From: Raja brachyura
Taxonomy: Eukaryota
Direction: 5' to 3'
Length of the DNA stretch: 64,000 nucleotides
NCBI GenBank assembly: GCA_963514005.1
Contig: OY740805.1
Span: forward strand, 22,878,001-22,942,000
The notes beneath the pieces were generated by a model that saw nothing but the letters and a program-made list of their open reading frames with translations, ran no database searches and was not told where the DNA came from. Below are positions 34,531 through 47,949 of this stretch, piece after piece; position 1 is the stretch's first letter, and the number at the start of each line of letters is the position of its first letter. A program made the translations under genes and the position numbers.

Positions 34531-37500
34531 GTGGTTCACCTCTTCTTCCTCCTCTCCTACCTGTTTCCATTTACCCATTATCCTCTCCCCACCTGGTTCT
34601 ACATTTTATGCACCAGCCTCTGTCCTATTCCTCCCTGCCATCCTCTTCCCTCACATGCCGGGTGCAGGTTCTTGACCCTATTTGTGATATCAACAATTTG
34701 TCCCAATAATTTTGCTTGAGCCATTGAATGTTTTCAGTCTTCTGTTTTTAGTTGGAGATTCTATTAGCTACAGTCATTATTGGATAGAATATATTTTGTT
34801 TTAACATTGCATTTAGTCTGAGACTCAGCACCAATAAATGTTGTTACACAATGCTTGATTATTTGATTATGTCAAAACGTCTTGATTGTTTGTACTTTGT
34901 ACATTTCTAATCTAATGCAAAGAATTTATCATCTATATGAATATAAAATTGCCCACAGTGATTGGTGGCACAGTAATCAAGTTAATTTTATGTGGCTGAT
35001 TTGGAACAAGTGCTGCTCTTGTGATTTCACCTAATAATAGTTGCTTGTAGAATGTGCTTGATGAATAGACCATTGAGCAAATGATTTTTGGAAATAGATG
35101 GGCATGAAATCCAAGTAAACACATTGGATTGCACCCTGTTTTATAGTGGCTTCATGTTGCAAAGTAAAGGCAAGATATAAGGAATGTGCAAGATATAATA
35201 TGAAAGATATAATATACAAGGCAAAAAAATAAATTGTTGTTAAGAAAATCTAATGCCTCCATTTATTTGCAACAGCACCAATCACAGTTATCTGACATCA
35301 ACGTTGATTTTGTATTTTTTAAACAAAGAATGGGAAAAAAGTTATGAAACATGAATTGGCAGCAAAGTAATACAAGGTTGTAGTGGAAACAAGTGTGTAG
35401 AAACAGGCCACTCTACCGATCCTGTCAATGCTGCTGCATATAGTCCACATGAGCCTCTTCCCACCTTATGCGATCTGCAAAATAGTTGGCTAGACTATGC
35501 TGGATTCTCCAATGTAGAACCGACTGTTCCTTTCTCTTTTGTGTTTGCCCAGCCTTCCCCTAAATGCAATTCATTGATCTGGACCCTCATTCTCACCAGT
35601 ATTGGGTGGGAGGGGAGAAGAGGGAGAATTATCTGTAGAATTCCCTGCTGTATTTTATGGTGGAAATGTTTTCACCAACGTGCTTCATTTAAAACCTTTA
35701 TGTATTTTAATATCACCCTTCAGCCACTTCTCAAAGAGGTGGAGGGCAGGGGGTGGAAGACTTACCCAGGGAGATTCGATGACCATGTTTTGTTTATTTC
35801 ATCCAAAAATATAGGTTAGTACATTTTCAGTGCAGTGCTTATTAACACAGTAGTATTTTTTTTTTTTGCATCTTGAGTAAACACATTGAAACGGCAATGG
35901 ATGGCGTGTTCAGAAAACTATTTCTGATTTGTCCTTGCTTTGTGAACACCAAACCAATGTATGCATCTGGCTTATCTGCAAAAAAGGCATAGGCACCAGG
36001 GTATCTTTTCCTTTTAAGTTATCATGCTCTTCAATGCAGAGGAAATGTGGCCAGGATAAATACAAAAATGTTGAAATGCAGCATATAAAATTAATAGGAA
36101 TTCAGGCATTTAAGCCTCAACTATTATTCCATGTGATAAATTGTGACCCACATTTATTACCTTGATCCTTTTATTTCTCCTCATCATCTGTGATCCTTTG
36201 ACCATACGAATAACATATAACTGCTTGAATAAATGTAATGATCTGTGTTCAACTGCTTCCAGTGGTATAACATTCCACACGTTCACCATTCTGTCGGAGA
36301 AGTAATCGCTCTTCATCTCAACTTTATGCCTGAGCTTGAGATTCTGACTACTGGGTTCTGAACTGACCTGATTTCCCTCTTGAATATATGTATACGTACA
36401 TATATACACATATATGTGTGTGTACCGGTGAGTGTGTGTGTGTGTATATATACGCACACTGATTTTTTTTCCTCGTTTTTCATATTGTTTACCATGTACT
36501 ATGTTTACATATTCCATGTGCTGCTGCGAGTAAGAATGTCACTGTACTATCTGGGACAAATGACAATAAAACACTCTTGGCTCTCTTGAATCTGTACAGA
36601 CCCTTAAGAATTTTGTAGTTGTTTTAGAATGGTCCTAATCTCAGATGTAAAACTAATCGCCCATATTGTCCATCATACATTATTCTTCCCATCCCTGAAA
36701 TCTGATGACCATTCAGAACACTTCCTCCATAACCAGAACATTCTTCCTAAGAGCAGGAGACAAAAACTGCAGATGCTGTGGTCTTGCCAAGTATATTTCT
36801 CAGAATAACATGATGTATCTTTAGAAAGGGTGGTGAATCGCAAATTAATTTCTTGGGGCTGTGGAAAATGATCAATCTTTGATGGGAAGAATGGATGGGG
36901 AGGCCGTTCATGTTGCTGGAGGGTTTGAGGGCTAGATGTCACAGGGAGAGGGGACAAGGAATTTTATGCCATGTGGGTTTGGAATTTCAAATGTATGGCA
37001 TGTAGATGTTGTGTAGTTGGGTCCATATGCCCTTAATGCATTGGAAAAGATAAACAGGGTTTTCACCCAAGATGAAATGGTCTGCTAACAGCACCGAATG
37101 GTAAGGAAGTAGGCTGGCTTTGGGAAACAATTAGATGCTTGAGAAAATGCCTGGGCTCGCTTAGAATAACTGGGAAATTATGGAGCAGCCTACAAGGATA
37201 TTTACAGTGTAATGAAAGGATAAGATAAACTTTTTTTTCTCAGAGACATGCAAGAATAGCTCGGTGCTTGATTTAATGCAGAACCTTTGAAATACAGTGG
37301 CTGGGCCCGCAAGATCTCCATACCAGCCGTCATCAATAGGAGTCTCCAACAGGCAGAAGAATGAGACTTGATGGTATTTGCCTCTGCTTCTATCATTTAA
37401 CACATTGAGCTGAAAGCTATGAGATTTGTTGCTTTTTTTTAATGCTTTGTCGTGTGATTTGATGCAATAAAGATAATAATTTGTACCCCTGACACTTTCT

Positions 37501-39786
37501 TTCTCCGTTCATTGATCCAAATCCTATTTATGTTTAATTACAAAGAGAGAATTGGATACAATTATTGTGAGCAGAAAAATGAAAAAGTACAGTTGAAGGG
37601 CTGGGGTTGAACAAGTGACTTTCTCCAGTAGAGAGGTGGCATTGGCCTGATAGGATGAATGGTCTCCATCAGCACAGTAAACATTTAAATGATCCATTGT
37701 TTTGTATTTATCATTGTTTATCAATTAAACTTAGGGATACGGATGGAGAAATATATTGGCCTGTTTATATGGTGCAAAATAACCCAACCCAGAACAATAA
37801 ATAGTTGTGAATTTACACTTAATATTATCTGTCACTGAAGCAGAGTGCAGAGGTTCTCAAAGTAATTGATGAAATGGTATTAAGGCGACTGTATAGAAAA
37901 TGGTGGGTCTTGCTTGGCAGCAAGATGTGAGCAGTATTGTAGTGGTAGTGATGAGGTGTTTTGGTGGCAATTATGATGATTTAGCATGATTAAAGTAGAA
38001 ATGTACACTAGGAACGCAGGTTCGCAGCTGAGGTGAAAACATCTCCAAGACTGCAACCTAATTTAACAGAAATGTGATACAAAATGTAATGAAATAGGGC
38101 AAATGAACGGTAACAGTTAACAGATTTCTTGCGATACTAGAAACTGCAGATGTTGGATCGTTGAGCAAAACCGTTGGAGGAACACAGTGGGTCAGGCAAT
38201 ATCTGTGGGATGGAAGGAACCAACGACTTTTCAGGCTGGAACTCTTGTTCAGACTGTTGACTTCAAAACGTTGTCGGTCGATTCCCACCACAGATGCTGC
38301 CCGACCCACTGAATTCTTCGTGTACTTTGTTTTTTAACACACCAGCTGAAAAGAGTCCAGAGAAGATTTACGAGGAGACTTGATAGTCGCATTTGACGTC
38401 TCTAGAAAGGCATAGATATGCAGGGAAAGGGGTGGATATGGAACATGTGTTGGTAGAGGAGATTATTTTAACTTGGCATCACGTTCGGAAGAGGAGGTGT
38501 GGACGCAAGGGCCTGTTCCTATGCTGAACTGTTCTGCATGTCAGCGAGTCTATGTTCAGGGAGGGTGAGGTTGAGAAGGCTCTGATTTCATTCCTTAGAG
38601 TGCAAAAGGATGGGATGATCTGAAAGAGGTTTGCAAAATTATGGGAGCAATCAATCAGGTAAATGCGCGGTGAGAGGGGGTGTGTGTGGAGATTTAATAG
38701 GAACAGTTTTACACAAAGAGTGGTGGGTATATGGAACGAGCTGCCAGAGGAGGAGGTTGAGGCAGGTACTATCATAACAATTAACAGGCAATTAGACAGG
38801 TACATGCATAGGATAGGTTTAGAGGGTTATGAGCCAAGCGTGGGGAGTTGGGACTAATATATATGGGGCATGCTGTGCCGAAAAGCCTGTTTCAACGCAG
38901 TGTGACTCGATGACTCAGTCCCACTTTGGCACCTTACACATCTTACTTGGGGCAATTAACGTGTAAACCTGCACGAGTTTGGAATGTGGGTGGAAACCAG
39001 CGCCCGGAGAAAACCCACGCAGCCAGTGTGAACGTACGACCTTCACTCAGACAGCATCCGTAGTTGGGATCAAACCCGGGTCTCTGACGCTGCGAGGCAT
39101 CCGTTCAACTGCTGCGAAGCTGCCCTTAATTCTTGTTTGTATTTTCTGATTTAAATCAAGGATTTGGGTATAGATATGAGTTCCATGTTTAGGAATGTGT
39201 GAATGACAGCAAAGTTGTTTGCAGGTGTTGTATTAGGCAAGATGTAAACTGCCTTACCATTCAATAACATTGCCAAGCTAACTCCCCCGCCATCAGCCTC
39301 TGTTGAAATAATAATTGAATCGACATCCTTTAGGCCAGACAGTGGAACTCACGCGAACTTGGAAGCTGCAAGTGCTGATGTCCAGGGAAGAAAATACTCA
39401 TTTGGACAGGTGTTACTTTTGGCCACTGAATGGAAGGTTATAATCATTTCCCTCTGGACGGTGGAATCAAGCGAGCAATTAGTGCTATTCTCCCTTAGAA
39501 ATCTACCGTGTTAAAATAGCACCTGCAGATCATGATCCAAATTGACCGTCAATCTGATTTGGAAATATGTCGCTGATCCTCAGTATTGCAAATGCCGAAA
39601 CGCTCCACGCGACAGAATATTGTACTAGAGCATGGAGATCTTCAGCGGTGTAAGAAAGGATGGCTCTTCACCACGTAGTCGAAGGCAAAAAGGAACATTT
39701 AATAAAACCTTGCTACCTGTTTAAAATAAGCACTAGGTGCTGCAATCGATAGATACAACGTATGGTTTATTAATGACGCGGGTAAC

Positions 39787-39979
39787 TGTAGATGTTTAGT
39801 GCATGTCCCTTTAATTGTAGGTTGTGTAGCCACTCCCCTTTCACCAAGTATATTACTGTCTCTCCATCCCTGGTACCTCCTCTAGTAAAACGTGCAGACC
39901 ATGTACAACTAGGGCATCGATATATGTGATTAATAAAGACTCGGTAAAGGAACACTGTGTACGTGTATACTTCTTTACA
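39787..39979 (+). repeat. 5' LTR
   Basis: tgtagatg...ctttaca, contains AATAAA. Confidence 0.95.
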
Positions 39980-40063
39980 TGGTGTCGGTCGTTTCGAATT
40001 GCGCGCCTCCTGTTTATCGGGTTTATTTTTTTTTTTGCCCCAGTTACCCTTCCCTGCCTGGTT

Positions 40064-43000
40064 ATGGCTTCCTCCTGCCGCAAGCCTGAGTCCCTTGTCT
40101 TTGACGACGACATCGCTCACCGGTGGAACGTGTTCCGCCGGGATTTTCGGCATTATGTGGCTATCGTGCACCCGGGAGTTTCCTCTGCCATTAAAGCGTC
40201 GCTGCTATTGAATCTAGCCGGCTCCGAGGCTCTGGAGCGCTCTGAATCGTTTGAGTACGGGCCGAATGAGGACCCTGAGGACCTTGACTGTCTACTGGGG
40301 AAGTTCAACGAGATGTGCGATGTGCCCACGAACTCTATTCTGGAGCGTTTTAAGTTTTTTGGACGTCGTCAGAAACCCGGTGAGTCTGTCGGCAACTTCT
40401 ACGCTGACCTACGGCACCTGGCTAGGCGATGCCAGCTGAATGACGCTACCCCAGAGACCCTGACCCGCGATGTCTTGGTGATTGGTCTACGAAATGAAAA
40501 GCTGCGGTCGGAGCTCCTGTGTAAGGCAGACTTGACTCTCCAGGCTGCCCTGCATGCTGCAAAGATGTCTGAGGCTGTTATCTCTGCTGCACCACCCCCT
40601 GATCATGAGGTTCGGGCAGCTACCGTCGCAACCCGCCGTCCTGCTCAGCAAACTCGCCGTGGGGCCAGCTATGGTTCAAGTTCCAAGCTGGAGAAGCGCT
40701 GCCCGAACTGTAACTTTGTGACTCATCGTTTCAACGTGTGCCCTGCGGTGGGAAAGATTTGTAACTTCTGCAACAAGCCTAACCACTTCTCGTCAGCATG
40801 CAGAGCTAGAAAAAATCCTGCCCAGCAACAGCGCAGGCACTCTAATTACATGGTACGGGATGGTACTGCGTCTGGTTCTTATCACCCTCCTGACAACCTC
40901 CCACTGTCTGATCCGGACTCTTCTCAGAGTGAGCTCAGCGTGTTTTCAGTTAGGAAGGCACCTGCTCGAATAACAGACCCTACTGTGCAAGTTACTGTCA
41001 ATGGTTCTACGTTCTCTGCCAAGGTCGATACTGGGGCCGCCACGAACGTTATGTCTACTAGCCTTTTCAAGAAGATAAGGAATAATGAGCGAGTCACCGT
41101 TGAGCGCTCTGTCCTTCGTGCTTATGGGGGAGGGTTGCTTTTCCCTGTGGGGAAGGCTACCCTGAACTGTGAAGTGCTAGAGACCGTTCGGCCCCTCTCC
41201 TTCTTCCTGGTTAACGAAAAATGTGTTACACTGCTCGGTGTTCGGGCATGCCAAGACCTCGGATTGGTCAATTTTCACCGGGAGATCCGTTTAGTTCAGC
41301 AACCTTTGGACCCGTTAGCCGAGTACCCCGATCGGTTTGACAATGCGCTGGGGATGCTCCCCTGCAGTTACGAGATCTCTCTAAATCCTGACGTGGATCC
41401 AGTTATACGCCCTCCACACCGGGTCTCCTTTGCGATGAAGGATAGGGTCGAGTCCACCCTTCGGGACATGGTGGCTACAGACATTCTGAAAGAGGTGAGC
41501 GAGCCCACTCAGTGGGTCTCCACCATGGTGGTTGCTGCCAAGAAGGACAAGAGTGAGCTACGGATCTGCATCAACCCCAAAGATTTGAACCTGGCTATCA
41601 AGCGCCCGCACTATCCCATGCGTACTGTCGAAGATGTTGCTGCACAGGTTGGCCCTGCCACTGTGTTTTCGGTGCTGGATGCTAAGAGCTCGTTCTGGCA
41701 GATACCGCTAGATGAACAATCGTCCTACCTGACGACCTTTGCCACTCCCTTTGGGAGGTTCCGATTCCTGCGCATGCCGTTCGGGATCAGCTCCGCCAGT
41801 GAAGTTTTCCAGAGGACGATGGAACAGCTGTTTGCGGGACTCCCGTGCGCTATCATTGTAGATGACATCTTGGTGTATGGTAAAGATGTGGAACAGCACG
41901 ACCACAACCTCCGACTAGTTTTGGATCGAGCTCGGGAGGTAAATCTGAAGCTCAACCCCAGTAAATGCCGGTTCCGTGTCCCGGAGGTCACCTATGTGGG
42001 ACACGTCTTCACAGCGTCCGGGCTGAAGCCCGACCCACAGAAGACCGCTGCTATCTCGGAGATGCCTGCTCCTGTGGATGTGCCGAGCCTCCAGCGTTTC
42101 CTTGGCATGGCTAATTATTTGGGAAAATTCATCCCCGATCTGAGCGAGTTGAGTGCCCCTTTAAGAGACTTGGTGGAGAAAGACACTGCATGGTCCTGGT
42201 TCCCGCAACACCAGGCTGCTTTCGATATGCTGCGTTCAAAGCTTGTCTGCACTCCGACGCTGCAATATTTCGATTTGAACCGTCCTATTGTCCTCACGTG
42301 CGATGCTTCAAAGTTCGGGCTGGGTGCTGCTTGTTTGCAAGTTCATGATGGGGTCCAGTTACCCGTGTCCTTCGCGTCCCGCACGATGACTCCAGCTGAG
42401 CAGTGCTATGCCCAGATCGAAAAGGAACTGCTGGCTGTTGTGTTTGCATGTTCAAAGTTTAAGGACTATATCCTGGGCACCGAATTCTCTATTGAGACCG
42501 ACCACCAGCCTCTGGTCACCATCCTCGGCAAGCCGATTCACGCTGCCTCCTCCAGGCTGCAGCGGATGATGCTGCAGCTGCAGCGTTTTACCTTCTCCGT
42601 AGTGTACCGTAGAGGCAAGGACATGTTTATTGCTGACACGCTGACTCGGGCTCCTCTGGCTTCGACCACCCGTCACCCTTACGAGGCTTCAGGTATGATT
42701 GTCCTGAACGTCAACTTTGTTCCTTCAAAACAACTACAGTCCTTAGTTAAACACACTGCTGCTGACGCCTCGCTCCAACAGCTAGCTGCGGTCATTCAAA
42801 GGGGTTGGCCCGAGCGACGTTCTTCCCTGCCCGCCGCGGCAGTGCCCTACTTCCTGGTCCGTGACGAGCTGGTGCTACGAGATGGAGTTATCGTTAAGGG
42901 TCACAAGGTTGTGGTACCTGAGGCTCTTCGCCAACAGTATTTCGACACCGCGCATCGGGGTCATCCTGGCGCCGAGGCCACTCTCTCTATCGCCCAAAGC

Positions 43001-44082
43001 CAGTTTTATTGGCCTGATATGGCTGTGTATTTTCGGGACCGGGTGTCATCTTGCCCTACCTGCAACAGTCTCGCCCCGCAGCAGCAGCGTTTGCCCCTTC
43101 TGCAGCAGCCCGCACCGGACCTGCCATGGTCGGCGCTGGCAACGGACATTTTTGAGTGGCACGGCAAGCACTTCTTGGTGCTTGTCGACTCTTACTCCAA
43201 CTGGTATGAGGTCGACCAACGGCAGCCAATTTACCAGTGCGGAGTTCAAGGACTTTGCTGACCGCTGGAACTTTCGGCATTACACTAGTAGCCCTGAGTA
43301 CCCTCAGAGCAATGGCCTGGCCGAGCGTGCTGTTCGCAGCGCTAAGGACTTGTTGAATCGCTGCCGCGCATCGAAGTCTGACATTTACCTCGCCCTCCTC
43401 AACCTGCGAAACATTTCCCGTGACAGTGTTCTGGGATCCCCGGCGCAGCGCCTCATGTCCCGGGTTTACTCGACCTCCCATTCCGGTGGCCCAGCAGACT
43501 CTTACCCCAGCTGTTGTAAAACCTGCCGTGGTCCGTGAGCGTATTGCTACCAAACAGTCCATTCAGAAGCGATCCCACGACAGGTCTTGCCGTGCCCTGC
43601 CTCCTCTGTCTCCTGGTCAGGTTGTCCGCATGCGTTCCACCTCCGGTCACCCTGGCCTTGCGGTTGTTGTTGGGACGGCTGGTTCACCTCGCTCCTATCT
43701 GGTGAACCTCGATGGTACTGTTTACCGTCGGTCCAGGCGGCACCTCCGCCTGGTGAACGAGCCTCCTCCTCCTCCTCCTGCTGACCCCCATGCTCCCCCT
43801 CTGTCCGCTCTCCCGCCTGTAGCGGTCACTAAACCTGTGCCTGCTCGCCCTGTCCCGGTTCTTCTCCCTGTGCCTGTTCCCGTGCCTCCAGCCGTCTCTT
43901 CCCCATCGCCAGGTCGCTCGCCTCCAATCCCTTTGTCACCACGCAAGTCCCCACATTTTAGTCCTCCTGTCGTGGGGTCTCCCCCGGTGCCCGTTCCTTT
44001 GGGGGGAGAGGGTGTGAGCGGGATTCGTACCCGCTCGGGGCGGATTGTAAGGGCGCCTGACCGTTATGGCGATTATATTTGA
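40064..44082 (+). pseudogene. Gypsy gag-pol (Zn knuckles, protease, RT, RNase H, integrase)
   Basis: Open from ATG 40064 through CxxC knuckles, VDTGA, IVDD, CDAS/ETDH and HHCC; deletion-frameshift at ~43217 and a second frameshift at ~43468 in integrase; ends RTRSGRIVRAPDRYGDYI. Confidence 0.92.
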
Positions 44083-44174
44083 TTGCTGCTATTTTGCTGT
44101 CTATCCTTTTCCAGTTGCTCTAGTGTATGAGACATGGTCGGCTGTTACGTTCCTTTCTTTTGTAAGAGGAAGGA

Positions 44175-44367
44175 TGTAGATGTTTAGTGCATGTCCCTTT
44201 AATTGTAGGTTGTGTAGCCACTCCCCTTTCACCAAGTATATTACTGTCTCTCCATCCCTGGTACCTCGTCTAGTAAAACGTGCAGACCATGTACAACTAG
44301 GGCATCGATATATGTGATTAATAAAGACTCGGTAAAGAAACACTGTGTACGTGTTAACTCCTTTACA
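44175..44367 (+). repeat. 3' LTR
   Basis: 188/193 identical to the 5' LTR by eye. Confidence 0.95.
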
Positions 44368-45461
44368 GTAACCAGATTCAGTGAAAAACCCTTTGCGTGG
44401 TATTCAGCCACATCATACTATGCATGCATACAATTAAGCCATACGTAAGTAGTGTAAAGATAAAACATATACCAGCGTGCAGAATATAGTGTTACAGCGT
44501 TCTGATAAATGGGCAAGTGTACATTGCCGAAAGTAGACGGGCTCGGCGATTTGCAATGGAGAATAAAAGGTCTCTATCAAAGATGATTTTCCGTGCGGTT
44601 GCATGAAGTTGATATAGGAATGCGATGCATGAATTCATAATGGGACTGAGAGAGGGAGCTGTGTGGTGAGAAGTTTCGTGCATTTTAGGCATTTTCTGTG
44701 CTACGTCAGGATGATAATATTTCGATTTTGTGATATCACAAATAAATTGACAATATTTAAAGCTGTTCCATGGAGACGTCGCATTGAACATGATGAATAG
44801 CATTTACAAGTTATAAACAAAAATATATCTATCGGAAGAACTCTGTGGATCAGGCAGCATATGTGGTGGGGAGGGACAGATGAAGTTTCGCGTTGTTTGG
44901 CTTCCTTCAGAAATGTGTTTTTTTGCTCAAGATTCAAGCTTCTGCAAACTCGTGCCTCCATGGGCAAGACATATTGAATAATGAAAGGCCTGGATAGAAT
45001 GGCCTGGATAGAATGTATGTCGAGGGAATGTTTCCACTATTGGGAAAGTCTAAAATTAGTGGCATGTAGAATTAGTTGCCACAGAAGGCTGTGGAGACCA
45101 ATTTGATGGCTGTTTTTTCAGGTGGAGATGGATAGATTCGTGATTAGTACGGGTGTCAGTGGTTAAGGGGAGAAGGCAGGAGAATGGGATGAAGAATGAT
45201 CGACAGATCTGCCATAATTGAACGGAAGAGTTGTCATGATGGGCAGAATGGCCTAATTGTGCTTTTGCAATTTGTCATTTTATGAACATATGAAGACTGG
45301 TTGTTTTACGTGCCTTGGCTTCTTCAGGTTAGTTGATAAATACTTCAGAGATGCTTTTGTGGAGTTGCTCATGTTCGAAACACAAACGGCATGCCATCTA
45401 TGCTCTTGTCAAACATTTTTTATTATGCGACAATAGGTAAATTGATTTAGATAATGGATTA

Positions 45462-46396
45462 TTAAAACACGCTACGTGATCTCTGGTCCGAGGTTGGAAC
45501 TAATTTATTCAAGAAAGTAAACGGATATTTCAGCGTATTCGTCAATGATTCTCTGAACTTTGCCTGAGCCACCGCATAAATAAATGTGTTTGTGCACGAA
45601 CTCAGGCGCTGCAGCATATACCCAGTGTGCTCCATAATGGCGAAAGGATCGTTGTAATCCGTGAGCATGAACTCAACGCCTGCAAATTGTGTGCATATGT
45701 AATGTACAAATGTTACCATCCATAGCAGTATGAAACAGCTTGAGATGGAGAGCAGTAAAATGATCGATTTTCTGCGGTTTACAATCTCCGGATCAGTGCA
45801 ATCCTCGCTTTTCCCGTCCCCCCGGAGTCCCCTCCTTATCCGACTAGCCTGTAAAATATGTCTGGTGGTCAGGGCATTAAGCAGCACAATCAAAAGGAAA
45901 GGTACAGACGGTGTTAAGGTAATGTCGAAGAAGAAGTATGCAACCCATATTGGTAAACTGGAGAGACTTGACTTCACTTTGCAGAACCATGGCACGTTGT
46001 CAATAATCAGCAGATGCTCGTTTTCAAAATAAATAGGGATATTCTGCACAAAGCTTAATCCAAACACAATCACTATTACAATAGCGGCAGTTCTTTCGGT
46101 GCAGTATTTTGCTCTCAGCTTCTGACAACAAATGGCGATGTATCGATCAAATGTGAAGGCAACGGTTAACCAGACCGAACAATCAATGGCTGCGAACACC
46201 AGGGCAATTATGAGGCTGCAGACGGGAGTATAATGCAAGAAGGAAAGCGGAAAATGCATGTCATTAATCTCGTATAATACTACATCAAATATTATCACCA
46301 GTAAGTCTGCAACAGCCATGGCGACAATGTAACGTGTGATGCATTTGGAAAGACCACAGTTCCCACGAGATAGAATCACAATCGCCATGAGATTAC
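45462..46396 (-). CDS. GPR139-like class A GPCR, exon 2
   Basis: ttcttgcag|GT acceptor; GNLMAIVIL, MAVADLL, FDRYIAIC, FILLW, CTNTFIY; open frame to TAA. Confidence 0.9.
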
Positions 46397-46908
46397 CTGC
46401 AAGAATAGAAATATGCGCAGTCACAGAGAATAACCGCTTTGGACAAAATGTTACGTGGAGATTAACTCCAAATATTTCATAAATAAAACACAACGCGTTG
46501 GAGTAACTCGGCAGATCAGGCGGCATCTGTGGAAGGAATGGATTTGCGACATTACCGGTCAGGAGCCTTCTTCAGACTTAAGAAGCGGCCCGACCGGTAA
46601 CGTTGCCTATGGAGTCAAGATTCAAGATTCAAGAGTGTTTTATTGTCGTATGTCCCTGTTAGAGCAATGAAATTGTTACTTGCAGCAGCAGAACTGAATA
46701 TGTAAACATAGGACATTCTAAACAATATAATTAACGAGAGAGACAAAGGTTAGTGTGTGTGTACATACACATATCCACCAATATATCGTCCGAAGAAGGT
46801 CTGGACCCGAAACGTCACCCATTCCTTCTCTCCATGATACCTGCCTCGCTCAATTACTCCAGCCTTTTTTGTCTATCTTCGTTTTAAGCCAGCACCTGCG
46901 AATCCTTC

Positions 46909-46910
<2 letters not shown>

Positions 46911-46956
<46 letters not shown>

Positions 46957-46957
46957 G
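46911..46957. repeat. (CA)n(TA)n microsatellite
   Basis: Directly visible next to the assembly gap. Confidence 0.9.
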
Positions 46958-46974
46958 TATAGACAGACAAACAG

Positions 46975-47160
46975 NNNNNNNNNNNNNNNNNNNNNNNNNN
47001 NNNNNNNNNNNNNNNNNNNNNNNNNNNNNNNNNNNNNNNNNNNNNNNNNNNNNNNNNNNNNNNNNNNNNNNNNNNNNNNNNNNNNNNNNNNNNNNNNNNN
47101 NNNNNNNNNNNNNNNNNNNNNNNNNNNNNNNNNNNNNNNNNNNNNNNNNNNNNNNNNNNN
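46975..47160. other. Assembly gap (186 N) in the GPCR intron
   Basis: Run of N. Confidence 1.
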
Positions 47161-47949
47161 TGGCTCATGTGGAGTGCATTTAGTGAAATTTGCACATGTG
47201 GCATATTTTCTACAGCTGACGATTTTTTCCTCTCTTGATTTCAATGCAAGTAATAAGAAAACATGGATAGATATTACATTGGGTTAATGACCTTAGAAGG
47301 GATGTGAAATTCATGCTTTGCATTTCCATTATCGTTAATTTGAGGGTTTTGTTTGTGTAAATGCTACATTATCTGTCAGGATTGTGATTGGGTTAGACGG
47401 TATTCGCTGTAAGTATTGTTAGCACAGACTTGGATTGTTTTCTGTGCATGGACATAGGTAGAGCGGAGGTCTGATACAAGTATATAACATATTGAGATGT
47501 ATAGATATGGTAGGCAGTCGAAAAGTTTTCCGTTCCCCAGTTGAAGGGAAAGGCGAAAGGGCTAAACTTTAAAACGAAAGGGGAAACGTTTGACAGTGAG
47601 GCCGATGATGCCTGGAATGCGCTGCCACATGTGGCGGTGGGCGGATGCAATAATGACGTTGAAGACGGTTTTAGATAGGCACGTGGGTATGCAGGGAATG
47701 GGTAATGTGCAGGCAAATTAGATTACTTTATCTTCGCATCATGTTCAGCACCGACATTGTTAGTTCATGTGCTGGACTGTTCCATGTTCTGTGCCTTCAA
47801 ATTATTCTCCGACATGAAAAATGCTCAGAAGAATCAGCAAGCATTTGAGATCGCGCAATGGTCTCATTAGCAAACGTAATAAACCGAAGAATTAACCATT
47901 TGTCGAAAAGATTTCGTGTTCTGCATGGATTCAATATAGAAACAAGCAA

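Larger units (their letters stand above)
39787..44367 (+). mobile_element. Ty3/Gypsy LTR retrotransposon (Mag-like), complete structure, defective integrase
   Basis: 193-bp TG..CA LTRs, 5-bp TSD GTAAC (39782-39786, 44368-44372), PBS tggtgtcgg at 39980, PPT aagaggaagga at 44164-44174. Confidence 0.96.

Noticed and set aside
39980-40000. Assigning a specific primer tRNA to the Gypsy PBS
   Set aside because: tggtgtc resembles the start of tRNA-Leu-type PBSs but the rest diverges; it cannot be assigned without a tRNA search
39926-40063. Hydrophobic N-terminal extension of the Gypsy ORF (env or signal-like)
   Set aside because: It starts at a non-ATG codon in the LTR and crosses the PBS and a poly-T tract; gag most likely starts at ATG 40064
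46397-46526. N-terminal extension of ORF 45462-46526 as the GPCR start
   Set aside because: It runs through intron and Penelope-tail sequence; the spliced exon at 50084-50015 gives a proper TM1
46755-47287. ORFs spanning the N run
   Set aside because: Artefacts of the assembly gap and microsatellite
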